64,000 nucleotides of DNA. Origin: an uncultured delta proteobacterium (GTDB lineage: Bacteria; Desulfobacterota; RBG-13-43-22). This document shows positions 29,859 through 39,829 of the stretch, piece after piece. The stretch spans positions 32,001 through 96,000 of the forward strand of contig CAWDKY010000025.1 of assembly GCA_963802945.1 (NCBI GenBank). The letters are read 5' to 3'. A model generated the notes under the pieces. That model was not told the origin of the DNA, did not search any database, and saw only the letters and a list, made by a program, of their open reading frames with translations. Both the position numbers and the translations under genes were made by a program. Position 1 is the stretch's first letter; each line of letters starts with the position of its first letter.

Positions 29859-32800
29859 CTATGCCTTCAGTATCTCCTTGTGCCGGAGGGCGCGTTCAAG
29901 ATAGGTGTTCATCTTCATGTCGCGGAACTCGGGGATGACGAAGTCCAGGTGGGCGATGGCTTCTGACTTCTCCTGCGGAAAGTGCTTCAGCAGCAATTCC
30001 GCAAGTTCAAGACGGCTGAGGGCCAACTCCGGCCGGAACCTCATCTCTGTGCAAATTCTGATGGCTTCCTGGTAGTGCTGGTGGGCTTCATCATATCTCT
30101 CCAGCAGGGCCGCCGCCCCGCCCATGTGGCGGGGGATGCAGGTGGGAAAGAAAATGCCATTTGTAACCACGCCGGTACCGGCGAAGCGCTTCAGCAGCAG
30201 TTCGGCCGCTGGTTTATAAGAGGTCAACACAGCAGCCTCGAAAAAAGGGGGGTCCACAAAATTAGGTGTCTCATCTTCATCCGTACCAATAAAAGGGCGC
30301 CTCACCACCCCTTGTTTCAATAATTCTATTGCCTCCTCTTTCCTTCCAAGATGAGCCAATACCAGGCAAAGCAATGAAGTTGGCCCTTGACTTGCAATAA
30401 AAAGGCGGAGACGACGTTCAAGGTCCTCAAGAGACCTGCCCAGATATAACAGGGCTCTATTCCCAGTCAAGCCGGCTGTTATAATGGCACTTTGGAGCAT
30501 ACCGGCTTCTTCACCTTTGGAGCGTATCTCTCGGGCTGTATCTAACGCCTCTTCTATTCGGCCATCCATAAGCTGCAGTAGCGCATCCATTCCTAAGGAC
30601 CCAACCAAAAGGTTAGTCAGCCGTGTGCGTTTGGCTATGTCTCGTAGCTCTGTCCAAACCTCCTCCGCTTTTTGCCGTCTTCCTAAAGCGAGAAAGGTAC
30701 TACCAGCCGATGCCAAAAATCCACCCCTAAGATATGCTTTCACTCTTGGGTTTGACACTTCTATTAACTCTTCGGCAAGTTTTGCGTTCTCTTGAGCGTG
30801 CTTGGGTGCCGTCCGATAGGTTAATAGCATATAAGCTCCTGCCAATAAATTATTTGGGTCATTTTGATTTCGTGCCAAATCAAATCCCTTGGTCAGGAGC
30901 TTGATCCCCAAAAGCATATTTCCTGTAGAGTAGGTTATAGCCCCGAGAGTCATGTCCGCAAGGGCTCTCCCTAAGGTGTCAGGACTGGTATGACGATCGG
31001 CTCGTTCAGCCCACTCCGCTGTTTGAGGAGTGGCAACCCCCGGGCCGGCTTGTTCGCCATTAATGGCCCATAACGCGGACTCACAGACACGAAAAGCTCG
31101 TGAACTATCCTTAAGTGCTTCGGCAAGTGCAAAGGCCTCCGGGGCCACTTCGTCCTGAATACGTTTGAATTCCACGGCTAAAAGTAAGGCATCGCATAAG
31201 TCCAAAAGCAGGTCGCATCTTTTCGCCTTGTCCTCCGGGTCCAGGATTTCCTGGACCTTGATGGCCTGGTCAAGGAGTTTTACAGCCTCTCCGTAAGCAT
31301 AAACGGCCGTTGCCCTCTTAGCCGCCATCTCCCCATAGTTCACTGCTTTCGTCAGGTCGGCGGGATCGGATGAATAAGAGAAATGCTCGGCCAGCTCCGC
31401 CGCATGCTCCTCCAGCCGTGCCTTGTACACTTCCTCCAAGGCCCTTGCCACCTGCTGGTGCAGCCGGATACGGCGTGGGGCAATAATCTCTTCATAGAGT
31501 GTCTGGCGAAAGAAGGCATGGGCAAAGCGATAGTTGACGGTAGCTCCCACACCGGTCCTCTCTTCTATCACTGCCGCCTTCCTGGCTTCCTCCAGGGCTT
31601 TAAAGATTTCTTCATCGGTCATCCCGGCGACCTTCTGCAAGACCTCCAGCCGGAAGTCCCGACCAATGACCGCCGCCACGGCCAGCACCTTGTTACATGA
31701 TTCGCTTAAGCTGGAAAGACGCTTGCCGATGACATCCCTCAGTCCGTCCGGGATGCGCATCTCCACCGGAGTGTCGCCTTTGGTCTGCCAGCGCCCTTGC
31801 TCCCGGGAGATGACACCCTCTTCCGCCAGGTAACGCACCACCTCCTGAACAAAGAGGGGATTGCCTTCGGTCTGGCGGTGCACGGCTTCGGCCAGTCCCC
31901 AGGGCACCTCCTGCCCGGCGATGCTGGAAAGCATCCTTCTGACCTCATCGGCATTAAGACCTCTTAGGAGAACACGCCCGAAGTTGGGCAAACGTCTTAA
32001 TTCGGCCAAAGAGGCGGAAAGGGGATGGGCCCGGTCCACTTCAATATCCCGGTAGGTGCCGACCAGCAAGAGCCGCTTTCCCTCTAAGTAACGGCAGACA
32101 TGCCCGAGCATCTCCAGAGTGCCCCTGTCGGCGCTATGCAGGTCCTCCAGCACAATCAGCAAAGGCTGGGCCTTTGAGGCATTGCCTAAGAAGTCGGTCA
32201 CAGCCTGTAAGAGACGGTATCTTTCTTCCTCGGGGTTGACCTTGGGATCGGGCTCTATCTTGAGCCGCTCCCTCACCTCGGAGCAAATACGGGCCACGTC
32301 GGGTGCACCTGTGCCCAGTTCCTTCCTGAGTTCAGTCAGGTCACGGTCTGTGGCGTAGGACCTCAAGGCCTCCACAAAGGCCAGATAAGGCAGGGATAGT
32401 GAGCCTTCTTCATAGCAGTGACCGACGATGGATTTACCACCCCGCAGGCTTACATAAGTAGCCAACTGCTCGGTAAGGGCGGTTTTGCCGATGCCCGGCT
32501 CACCCACTACCATTCTTAAAGAACCTTGTCCTGATAGGGTATTATCAAAAGCAGACTGGAGTTGTCTTAACTCCGGCTCCCGGCCGATGAACACCTTCCG
32601 GTAGAGGGGATTCTCCACCATTACTTCTTTTGTGGATGCCTTCAAGGTTTTTCCTGCCTCGATGGTTTCCAAAGCCTTCAGCACCTCGGTGGCTGAAGCC
32701 GGGCGTTTCTGCGGGTCTTTCTCCAAAAGCTGTAAAATGAGGGCGGACAGGGGAGAAGGTAGATCAGGTCTGTGCCAGGTAAGGGCCACAGGCGGGGTAT

Positions 32801-33665
32801 TGATATGCTGTCCGATGATGGCCACGGCATCATCGCCGCTGAAAGGAGGCCGGCCGGTCAGCATCTCGTAGAGCATGGCTCCCAGAGAGTAAAGGTCTGC
32901 TTTGGCCGTAACCTCACCACCCATGGCCTGCTCCGGCGGCATATAATAATAGGTGCCCACCATCATCCCGGATTGGGTCAGTCGGGAGAGCTCCATAGCG
33001 ATGGCCAGTCCGAAATCGCCGATCTTGGCTGTGCCGTCTGTGCCCATCCAGATATTGCCGGGCTTGATGTCCCGGTGGATAATACCTTTCCCATGGGCAT
33101 ACTCCAGACCTTTACACACGGCCTTGGCTATGCTGAGCGTTTTTTCAGGGGACAGGCGGTGCTCCGGGGCTTTCTCGATAAGACCCTCGACATCGCCGCC
33201 GGGCATGAGCGGTAAAACGACGTAGGGTTGACCATTCTCCTCGCCCATATCGAAGATACCGACGATATTGGGATGGTCGCCGAGTTTGCCCATGGCCTTC
33301 GCTTCCCGGCTGACACGCAGGCGGGAGGCTTTGTCCAGCTTCTCGGTCTTGATCAGGGCAAAGGCCACATCCCGGTCCAGCACCGTATCATGAGCCAGAT
33401 AGACTTTCTTCTTTCCCCCTTCACCCAAGAATTTTTTGACCTGATAGCGGCCATTGGCAAAGGAGGTGGGGACAGGGGAGGGCGGGAGCGTAACCGCCGG
33501 TGGAGCTTGAGTTAGAGGCTGGCCACATTGGAGGCAAAACTTAGCGGCAGGAGGATTGGCATGTTTGCACTGGGTACAAATCAATTCGTTCTGCAGTGTC
33601 CGGCCACAAACCATGCAAAACTTGGAATCATCAGGAAGCTCAATCAGGCAACTCGGGCATTTCAT
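29859..33665 (-). CDS. Double zinc-ribbon + Ser/Thr kinase + STAND-like AAA ATPase + helical/TPR-like protein
   Basis: CPSC/CMVC/CTQC/CLQC; HRDIKPGN, DFG; Walker A GEPGIGKT; LEDLH; TEGNPLF; YRFAHAF. Confidence 0.9.
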   Translation of the reverse strand: MKCPSCLIELPDDSKFCMVCGRTLQNELICTQCKHANPPAAKFCLQCGQPLTQAPPAVTLPPSPVPTSFANGRYQVKKFLGEGGKKKVYLAHDTVLDRDVAFALIKTEKLDKASRLRVSREAKAMGKLGDHPNIVGIFDMGEENGQPYVVLPLMPGGDVEGLIEKAPEHRLSPEKTLSIAKAVCKGLEYAHGKGIIHRDIKPGNIWMGTDGTAKIGDFGLAIAMELSRLTQSGMMVGTYYYMPPEQAMGGEVTAKADLYSLGAMLYEMLTGRPPFSGDDAVAIIGQHINTPPVALTWHRPDLPSPLSALILQLLEKDPQKRPASATEVLKALETIEAGKTLKASTKEVMVENPLYRKVFIGREPELRQLQSAFDNTLSGQGSLRMVVGEPGIGKTALTEQLATYVSLRGGKSIVGHCYEEGSLSLPYLAFVEALRSYATDRDLTELRKELGTGAPDVARICSEVRERLKIEPDPKVNPEEERYRLLQAVTDFLGNASKAQPLLIVLEDLHSADRGTLEMLGHVCRYLEGKRLLLVGTYRDIEVDRAHPLSASLAELRRLPNFGRVLLRGLNADEVRRMLSSIAGQEVPWGLAEAVHRQTEGNPLFVQEVVRYLAEEGVISREQGRWQTKGDTPVEMRIPDGLRDVIGKRLSSLSESCNKVLAVAAVIGRDFRLEVLQKVAGMTDEEIFKALEEARKAAVIEERTGVGATVNYRFAHAFFRQTLYEEIIAPRRIRLHQQVARALEEVYKARLEEHAAELAEHFSYSSDPADLTKAVNYGEMAAKRATAVYAYGEAVKLLDQAIKVQEILDPEDKAKRCDLLLDLCDALLLAVEFKRIQDEVAPEAFALAEALKDSSRAFRVCESALWAINGEQAGPGVATPQTAEWAERADRHTSPDTLGRALADMTLGAITYSTGNMLLGIKLLTKGFDLARNQNDPNNLLAGAYMLLTYRTAPKHAQENAKLAEELIEVSNPRVKAYLRGGFLASAGSTFLALGRRQKAEEVWTELRDIAKRTRLTNLLVGSLGMDALLQLMDGRIEEALDTAREIRSKGEEAGMLQSAIITAGLTGNRALLYLGRSLEDLERRLRLFIASQGPTSLLCLVLAHLGRKEEAIELLKQGVVRRPFIGTDEDETPNFVDPPFFEAAVLTSYKPAAELLLKRFAGTGVVTNGIFFPTCIPRHMGGAAALLERYDEAHQHYQEAIRICTEMRFRPELALSRLELAELLLKHFPQEKSEAIAHLDFVIPEFRDMKMNTYLERALRHKEILKA

Positions 33666-34081
33666 GATAACCTCCTATCAGAATTGCATGATGAGTATAG
33701 GTTGGTCATTGGTGATTGTCAAGAAGCCAGGGAATACGGCACCAGTTCGATTCATCAACATTTTCTGCTTTCTCAGGTTGGCTGGATTACCAAAGCTTTG
33801 GCATTATGTAAAACTTGATATAATTTGTTCATCATGCTATTTTAATTAAGAAAACATTATGTTTATGTCTATCAATTAAAGGGAAAAAAATAATAAATCC
33901 GCGCTGGACCTCAAATCTAAGAAGTGTGGACCTGACATCGATGAAAAAGCAACTGAATATATTGCAGCAAGCAGTTAACAGTATTTTAGTACTTACACGA
34001 TGATTGAAAATTTATATTGGGTTCAACCTATTTTTCATATAATATAAAAGCCATCTTTATTAATGAATGGAGTTTTATTAA

Positions 34082-34936
34082 ATGAAAAATTTCAAATGGA
34101 ATGTTTCAACCTGTTGGACCTTGTTTGTTGTGGCTTGCATCTTGATTTTCGTCGGTTGCGCCGGTATTCAAGCCCCGAGCAAGCCTGCTGCCGTTCCTGA
34201 GATCAGTCCCGGGCTCCTGAAGGGTTATCTGCCGTTCAACGCACTCCCCAACAGCTTGGCCTTGATTCCTCAACCCCCGACAACGGGCTCCACTGCTTTG
34301 GCCCTGGATGAGGAAATTTTTCGTAAAACTCGCACCTTTCGCGGTACACCGCGCTGGGAGCTGGCAACTCAAGACGCTGAGCTGAAGTTCCCGCAGGCGG
34401 CCGGGACTTTCTCTTGTGCCATCAATGCCCCGATCACCGAGAAGGATACCCCCCGTCTTTATATACTGATGCGTCGTACCCTCATGGATGCGGGACTTTC
34501 AACCTACGCGGCCAAGAGTAAATACAAACGACCCCGCCCTTTCGTTGTGAACAAAGAGACAAGCTGTACCCCTGATGAAGAAAAAAAACTGATGACCGAC
34601 GGATCATATCCTTCCGGCCATGCTTCTCTCGGCTGGGCTTGGGCCCTCATCCTCACGGAGATCGACCCGGAACATACCAATGCCATATTGGCCAGAGGCA
34701 GGGCTTTCGGTGAAAGCCGGGTAGTTTGCGGCGTCCATTGGCAGAGCGACGTGACCGAAGGGCAATTCATAGGAGCAGGTACAGTCGCCAGGTTACATGA
34801 CGATCCGGTCTTCCGCGCAGATATTGAGGCCGCCAAGGCCGAATTGGCAGCCGTCCGTGCTAAAGGCTTCAAACCGCTTCGTGATTGCCAGGCAGAAGCA
34901 GCGGCGATGGCCTTCCAGCCGCCCCCAGCTAAGTAG
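34082..34936 (+). CDS. Class A nonspecific acid phosphatase (PAP2), lipoprotein
   Basis: KYKRPRP, SYPSGH, SRVVCGVHWQSD; lipobox VGC. Confidence 0.92.
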   Translation: MKNFKWNVSTCWTLFVVACILIFVGCAGIQAPSKPAAVPEISPGLLKGYLPFNALPNSLALIPQPPTTGSTALALDEEIFRKTRTFRGTPRWELATQDAELKFPQAAGTFSCAINAPITEKDTPRLYILMRRTLMDAGLSTYAAKSKYKRPRPFVVNKETSCTPDEEKKLMTDGSYPSGHASLGWAWALILTEIDPEHTNAILARGRAFGESRVVCGVHWQSDVTEGQFIGAGTVARLHDDPVFRADIEAAKAELAAVRAKGFKPLRDCQAEAAAMAFQPPPAK

Positions 34937-35141
34937 CCGGCCGATTAAATTTATTTTGACAGGTTGAATAAAGGACTGAGGCTTTGTTATGTGTTTTCCA
35001 AAGCCCCAAATGAGGATTGGCCTTAGATCGGAATGACGGTCGCAGGGATTTAAAATTCAAGATTAAAGGTTTTTGACTTTTTTCATTTTAGCAGGAAGGG
35101 GTTAACAGCCGCCTCCCGTCGGCACCCGGTTGAACTACACC

Positions 35142-37337
35142 CTAAGCGTTAAGTGTCTCGCTGATTCTTGTTTTTGTTTCCTCATTCAGGAAATCCCATA
35201 ACCCCACCTTTTTTAAGGTATTGATCGTTGGGATTCCCGAATCGTTCCAACCCCGTTCCTGATAATAGACTTGAATCAACTTGCGAAGTTGCTCTTTCCT
35301 ATAGTTCATCAGAATTTCCCGTTTTTCTGATAGGTTCATGGCTGAGATCTCCGGGATGGGTTTTCCCAAAATCCGGCTCACTTCATGATCGTTATAATCC
35401 ATTTCAGCCTTATAGATTTGATCATCGGTCGGTCCGATGGCCCTGTCGGGTATCCAGTCGTGTTCCCCGGTAGTTTTTCCGTAAGTCATTATGTTCATAA
35501 CCCGCTGGAGATTGATATCCCGATCCGTCTGCTCGAAGATTTTTTCCCAGGTCATTTCCGTTCCCAGCATGCCGTTATAAAATTCGGCGTATATCTCCTG
35601 GGAAGCGGGATTGATGTATTTATCCGTATCCTTTTTGTTTTCGGACTCGGGATTGAACACATCCACCCAGGGGAGCTTGCACAGACCCAGATTGTCGTTT
35701 CCCAGACGGACACGGGGATAGGTGATCAAGGCCCTGGCCTTGGCTTCAAAAGTAGGAAAGGCCCCGATTAGATCCAACTTGATGAGCCAGGCGGCGGCAT
35801 GATGGGCTCCGATATCGCTGGCCGCTGCATAGGAACCCTGCATGGACAAGGAGCGGTGGGTGCGGTAAAGCGAGAAGGGAAGCCCTTTGGTGTGCATGGC
35901 AAAGCGTGCCAGCTCTTTTAAAGGAGCCGCCTTTCCTGTTCTCCGAGCATATTTCCCGGCTATCCAGTTGATTAATTCAATCATTCCTTTGCCGGCTGTT
36001 TCAGCCAATTCGTTTTCCTTATAGGCAATTTGATGGATAAAGGCCAAGGCTGCTTTTTGATCGCCCCAGTTCAATTTAAATCCGTTGGTATCCTCTTCCG
36101 TCAGATAACCTCTTTGAAAGCATTCCATGATCAAGGCCATAATGACGGCCACGGTAATGGTATCCATGCCATAGTTGTCGCAGTGCCAGTTGGCCTCCAT
36201 GATAAACTCAGGATTCCATATGCCGAGGTTGGAACCGAAGCCGGCGGCTGTTTCATATTCCGGCCCATCCACCCAGACCCGCTCTTGGCGGGGACCGGTG
36301 GTCAGGGTCACGCAGCCCCCCTTGGTGCATCTCAAATTGCATCCCGGAAAACAGCCATCCATCCCACGATGCTCAAATAATCGCTCGGCATAGGTCGTAC
36401 CACATATCTGCCCGGCCTGAGGGTCTGACCCAAACTGGTAATTTTTCACCGGCAGGGACTGATAGGCCTCTTGATTCATGAAAGAGATCAGACCGGCAGA
36501 GCCCTTCTTGGACATTTGCAAGGAGTTCGGGTCGACTTCCTTGACGACTTTGTGAAGCCGGGCCCCGGCCTTTTTGACCCTCTCCCAGTCATGAGCGCCA
36601 TAGGGGTTTTCGCCGTGAGGATATTCAGCCAGGATAACGACGGCCCGTATATTTTTATCCATCATCACCGAACCCAGACCGGTCCTGCCGGCCTGTTTGG
36701 TTCGAAAAATGCCTCGGCTTCCATCCATCGGTTTAGTAGGATCATAGTAATGACTGTTAATACATCCATAGGTCGTATTGGCGGCCCCAATACCTGTAGA
36801 AATAAAAACGATATCTTTTTTGCCATAACCCTGACCCAAGAATTCATCGACCAGATTCTTTCCGAATGCAAAAACCTGATCAATGGCCGATGCCTCTGTC
36901 AAATAGATCTCGCCTTTAAAACCATCGATGACAATCATGGTGCCTTTTGGAGCTTTCCCGATTATTTCCAAGACATCGAAACCGGCATATTTAAGGTAAG
37001 CTCCGAAATGCCCTCCGAAATTGGAAACACCGGGGATATGGGTTATGGGAGATAGCGATATGGCCATGCATTTGCTGGTGCCTGGGAACTGAGGGATGCC
37101 CCCGAGAGGCCCGGGAGACAGTATCAGGGGATTTTCCGGATCATAGGCCGAGGTTTTTGAGGTTACCCTTCTGTGAAGGAAATATAGGCCCAGTGCCCGG
37201 CCGCCTATAAAGAAGTCCCTTATCTTCGGATCCAGTTTTTGGACCTTGATGTCACCTGTGTCCACATAGATGGAAAGTGTCTGATTGGCATATCCGTGAT
37301 GAAGATGAGGTTTTGAATAGCTCATCATTTTTGACAA
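35142..37337 (-). CDS. Aldehyde:ferredoxin oxidoreductase family (W/Mo-pterin)
   Basis: FIGGR, SNFGG, AGRTGLGSVM..KNI, C..C...C, GPEYET, CDNYGMDTI, YYQERGW. Confidence 0.92.
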   Translation of the reverse strand: MSKMMSYSKPHLHHGYANQTLSIYVDTGDIKVQKLDPKIRDFFIGGRALGLYFLHRRVTSKTSAYDPENPLILSPGPLGGIPQFPGTSKCMAISLSPITHIPGVSNFGGHFGAYLKYAGFDVLEIIGKAPKGTMIVIDGFKGEIYLTEASAIDQVFAFGKNLVDEFLGQGYGKKDIVFISTGIGAANTTYGCINSHYYDPTKPMDGSRGIFRTKQAGRTGLGSVMMDKNIRAVVILAEYPHGENPYGAHDWERVKKAGARLHKVVKEVDPNSLQMSKKGSAGLISFMNQEAYQSLPVKNYQFGSDPQAGQICGTTYAERLFEHRGMDGCFPGCNLRCTKGGCVTLTTGPRQERVWVDGPEYETAAGFGSNLGIWNPEFIMEANWHCDNYGMDTITVAVIMALIMECFQRGYLTEEDTNGFKLNWGDQKAALAFIHQIAYKENELAETAGKGMIELINWIAGKYARRTGKAAPLKELARFAMHTKGLPFSLYRTHRSLSMQGSYAAASDIGAHHAAAWLIKLDLIGAFPTFEAKARALITYPRVRLGNDNLGLCKLPWVDVFNPESENKKDTDKYINPASQEIYAEFYNGMLGTEMTWEKIFEQTDRDINLQRVMNIMTYGKTTGEHDWIPDRAIGPTDDQIYKAEMDYNDHEVSRILGKPIPEISAMNLSEKREILMNYRKEQLRKLIQVYYQERGWNDSGIPTINTLKKVGLWDFLNEETKTRISETLNA

Positions 37338-37364
37338 TACATTCCTCTTTTTGAGTTGTTATAA

Positions 37365-37535
37365 CCGAATTGGGCGAGTATAAGATAGAGAGGAAAAGGG
37401 AGTCAAGGAGAAAATCGGTGAAAAAAGAGAAGAAAAATCGGACCGGTTCGAGATAATCGAACGGGAGTTAGAATCGAAAGAAAATGAAAGGAATGAAAAG
37501 GGTGGGCGGTCTTCTGGGTGTTACCATAGAAAGAA
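37365..37535 (-). mobile_element. Highly decayed IS91-like end directly upstream of AOR
   Basis: ggg.gagtataa...tcaaggagaaaa resembles 8129-8170, followed by vestiges of DS(Q)LPF and LW..RPP; promoter TTGACT-18-TATACT (37377-37406). Confidence 0.5.
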
Positions 37536-37835
37536 TGACAAAAGAAATCTAATACACCTCGGATCGGCCCTTCTTAAAGCAAGGTGGATAGAAAAACTTC
37601 AACCCTTTGAAGAGCGGGGGTACAATAAAAGAAAGGGTGCGGATCGCCGATAGGAGATGAAGATATCCCTACCATGGTAACCAGCACAGAACTTCAGCGG
37701 AAGAAATGGCTTGACGACGTCAGGGTCTGCATTGATCTATTTTTTCCAAAAGAAAGCAAGGCAAAGACCCCATAGGGCAATAATTGCTTATAAGAAGAAT
37801 AATGTACCCACAAAAAGTAGACGTTAGCATGTTTT

Positions 37836-37865
37836 CGTCATTCCGGTGAAAGCCGGAATTCAGTT
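37836..37865. repeat. REP-like palindrome related to 27397-27603
   Basis: cgtcattccggtgaaagccggaattcag. Confidence 0.6.
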
Positions 37866-37956
37866 TTTTGAGTAGTTAGACTTAAGCTTTGGAATGGAAG
37901 CAAGAAATAAACACTGATTTCTTGACGTTTGTTGTAAAGAGGTCTAAGAGTTTAAC

Positions 37957-38907
37957 ATGAAAAAAGCTGTTTTTCTATTTTGGATATCCCTTGGATTGTG
38001 CCTGACTTCGGGCCTTTCTGCCAAGGAACCGGGAAAGCCCCTCAGGGTGGTCTGTACCATTCTTCCCATCTATTCTCTGACGCTCAATGTGATTAACGGA
38101 ATTTCGGGTGTCCAGGTTGAACTGCTCCTGCCGCCCCAACAAGGGTGCCCCCATAATTATGATGTGACCCCGGGTGATTTGATTAAGTTGTCCCGGACCG
38201 ATCTTATTATCACCAATGGTTTAGGAATGGAAGAATTCCTGGGCAAGGCCTTGAAACAAGGCCACCTCAAAGCTCGAGTCATTGAGGCGGCTGAAAAAGT
38301 GGAACCCATAGTGAATACCCCAGATGCGAGGTCTTCACACTATTCCAAAAACTCAACCGCTACCGACCATGGCCATGACCATGCCGAATCGGTTAATGGA
38401 CATGCCTGGGTCAGTCCAAAGGCAGCAGCCGTCATGGTTGGGACCATTGCCGAAGGGCTGGCCATTCAAGACCCTGTTCATGAGCGAGAATATCGTTTCA
38501 ATGCCAAGCAGTATTCAATGAGACTGGAAGGGCTGGCCCGCGAAATGAAGGCCTGGGTCTCTCGGGCCAAAAATAAAAAATGTCTGGCCTTTCATGATGT
38601 CCTGGCCTATCTGGCCCGGGATATCGGGCTGACCATCATCGGAGTCATTGAATCCCATCCAGGGATAGAACCCTCTCCAAAGGATATGATCCGGCTGATC
38701 TATATGTTAAAAAGCCAAAAAGCTGTGGCTATCTTTTCAGAACCTCAATATTCTGATAAAATAGCTCGAACTCTATCCCGTGAATCAGGGGTTCCGTTAT
38801 TCGAACTGGATCCGGTGGCTACCGGGAAACCGGCAGCCGATACTTATGAAAAGGCCATGAGGAAGAATCTTGAGATATTGCGTAAGGCAGTAAAAGAATA
38901 TGAATAA
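37957..38907 (+). CDS. znuA: Zn/Mn ABC transporter substrate-binding protein
   Basis: PHNY, NGLGME, His-rich loop, HAWVSP, FHD, FSEPQ. Confidence 0.88.
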   Translation: MKKAVFLFWISLGLCLTSGLSAKEPGKPLRVVCTILPIYSLTLNVINGISGVQVELLLPPQQGCPHNYDVTPGDLIKLSRTDLIITNGLGMEEFLGKALKQGHLKARVIEAAEKVEPIVNTPDARSSHYSKNSTATDHGHDHAESVNGHAWVSPKAAAVMVGTIAEGLAIQDPVHEREYRFNAKQYSMRLEGLAREMKAWVSRAKNKKCLAFHDVLAYLARDIGLTIIGVIESHPGIEPSPKDMIRLIYMLKSQKAVAIFSEPQYSDKIARTLSRESGVPLFELDPVATGKPAADTYEKAMRKNLEILRKAVKEYE

Positions 38908-39020
38908 TAGGAGCGAATTAGCACTTCAGTACGAATATTGAATAACGAACATCGAATTTCGAATCAGGAAGCAATTGGTTTCTATTTAACTTCGACATTT
39001 AGAATTTTCCTGCTACGTTG
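38895..39020. repeat. Heptamer array (GAATATT/CGAATTT-like) with partial inverted partner
   Basis: gaatatt gaataac gaacatc gaatttc gaa ... cttcgacattt. Confidence 0.65.
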
Positions 39021-39047
39021 CGCCCCAAAAGGGTTTGAGTGTTTATT

Positions 39048-39827
39048 ATGCATCCAGATCAAAATATTGTTTATCCGTCAGCTATTGAAGTCAGGAATCT
39101 CGGGGTGTCTCTTCGCAACATTGAGATCCTTAAGGAAGTGAATTGTTCTTTTCCTGCCGGAGAAACTACAGCCGTTATCGGGCCTAACGGGGCAGGAAAG
39201 ACAACCTTGCTACTGGCCATCCTGGGATTGATCCCTTATACCGGGAGCATTGATTTTAATCAGGCCGTGGGTGAACGTCCTTCCATCGGCTATATTCCTC
39301 AACGCCTGGAATTTGACCGGGGTCTGCCTTGTACGGTAGAAGATCTGATCACCCTTTCCATCAGCAGGAAAGCTCTCTGGTTGGGAAAAAATAAAAAGAT
39401 CAGGGAACGGGTTAGAAGCGGGCTGCATAAAGTTGGGGCCCAGGCATTAAGAGACCGGTTTATCGGCAAACTCTCCGGCGGGGAATTGCAGCGGGTACTT
39501 CTGGCCATGGCCTTGGAAGGAAATCCCAAAATCTTGCTTCTGGATGAACCGACAGCCGGGATCGATGCCCCGGGAGAGGAGCTTTTCTGCGACCTCCTGT
39601 CTGATATTCAGGATCAGGCCCAGTTGACCGTCATCTTGGTTTCTCACGATCTTTCTGTGGTTTCTAACCACGCCAACCACGTCATTTGTTTAAATAAGAC
39701 GGTCCGTTGTTCCGGCGGACTCAGCACACTCACCGAAGAGAACCTGCTCAAGACCTTTGGGCTTCATGTCCAAATTTATCCCCATCCTCATGGCCCACAT
39801 CCATCCATTAGGGATCACAACTCCTGA
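39048..39827 (+). CDS. znuC: Metal ABC transporter ATP-binding protein
   Basis: GPNGAGKT, LSGGELQR, LLDEPT, SHD. Confidence 0.9.
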   Translation: MHPDQNIVYPSAIEVRNLGVSLRNIEILKEVNCSFPAGETTAVIGPNGAGKTTLLLAILGLIPYTGSIDFNQAVGERPSIGYIPQRLEFDRGLPCTVEDLITLSISRKALWLGKNKKIRERVRSGLHKVGAQALRDRFIGKLSGGELQRVLLAMALEGNPKILLLDEPTAGIDAPGEELFCDLLSDIQDQAQLTVILVSHDLSVVSNHANHVICLNKTVRCSGGLSTLTEENLLKTFGLHVQIYPHPHGPHPSIRDHNS

Positions 39828-39829
39828 CT

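Noticed and set aside
33845-33880. dif (XerCD) site suggested by TTATGTTTATGT
   Set aside because: Only a partial XerD-like arm; no convincing XerC arm or spacing.
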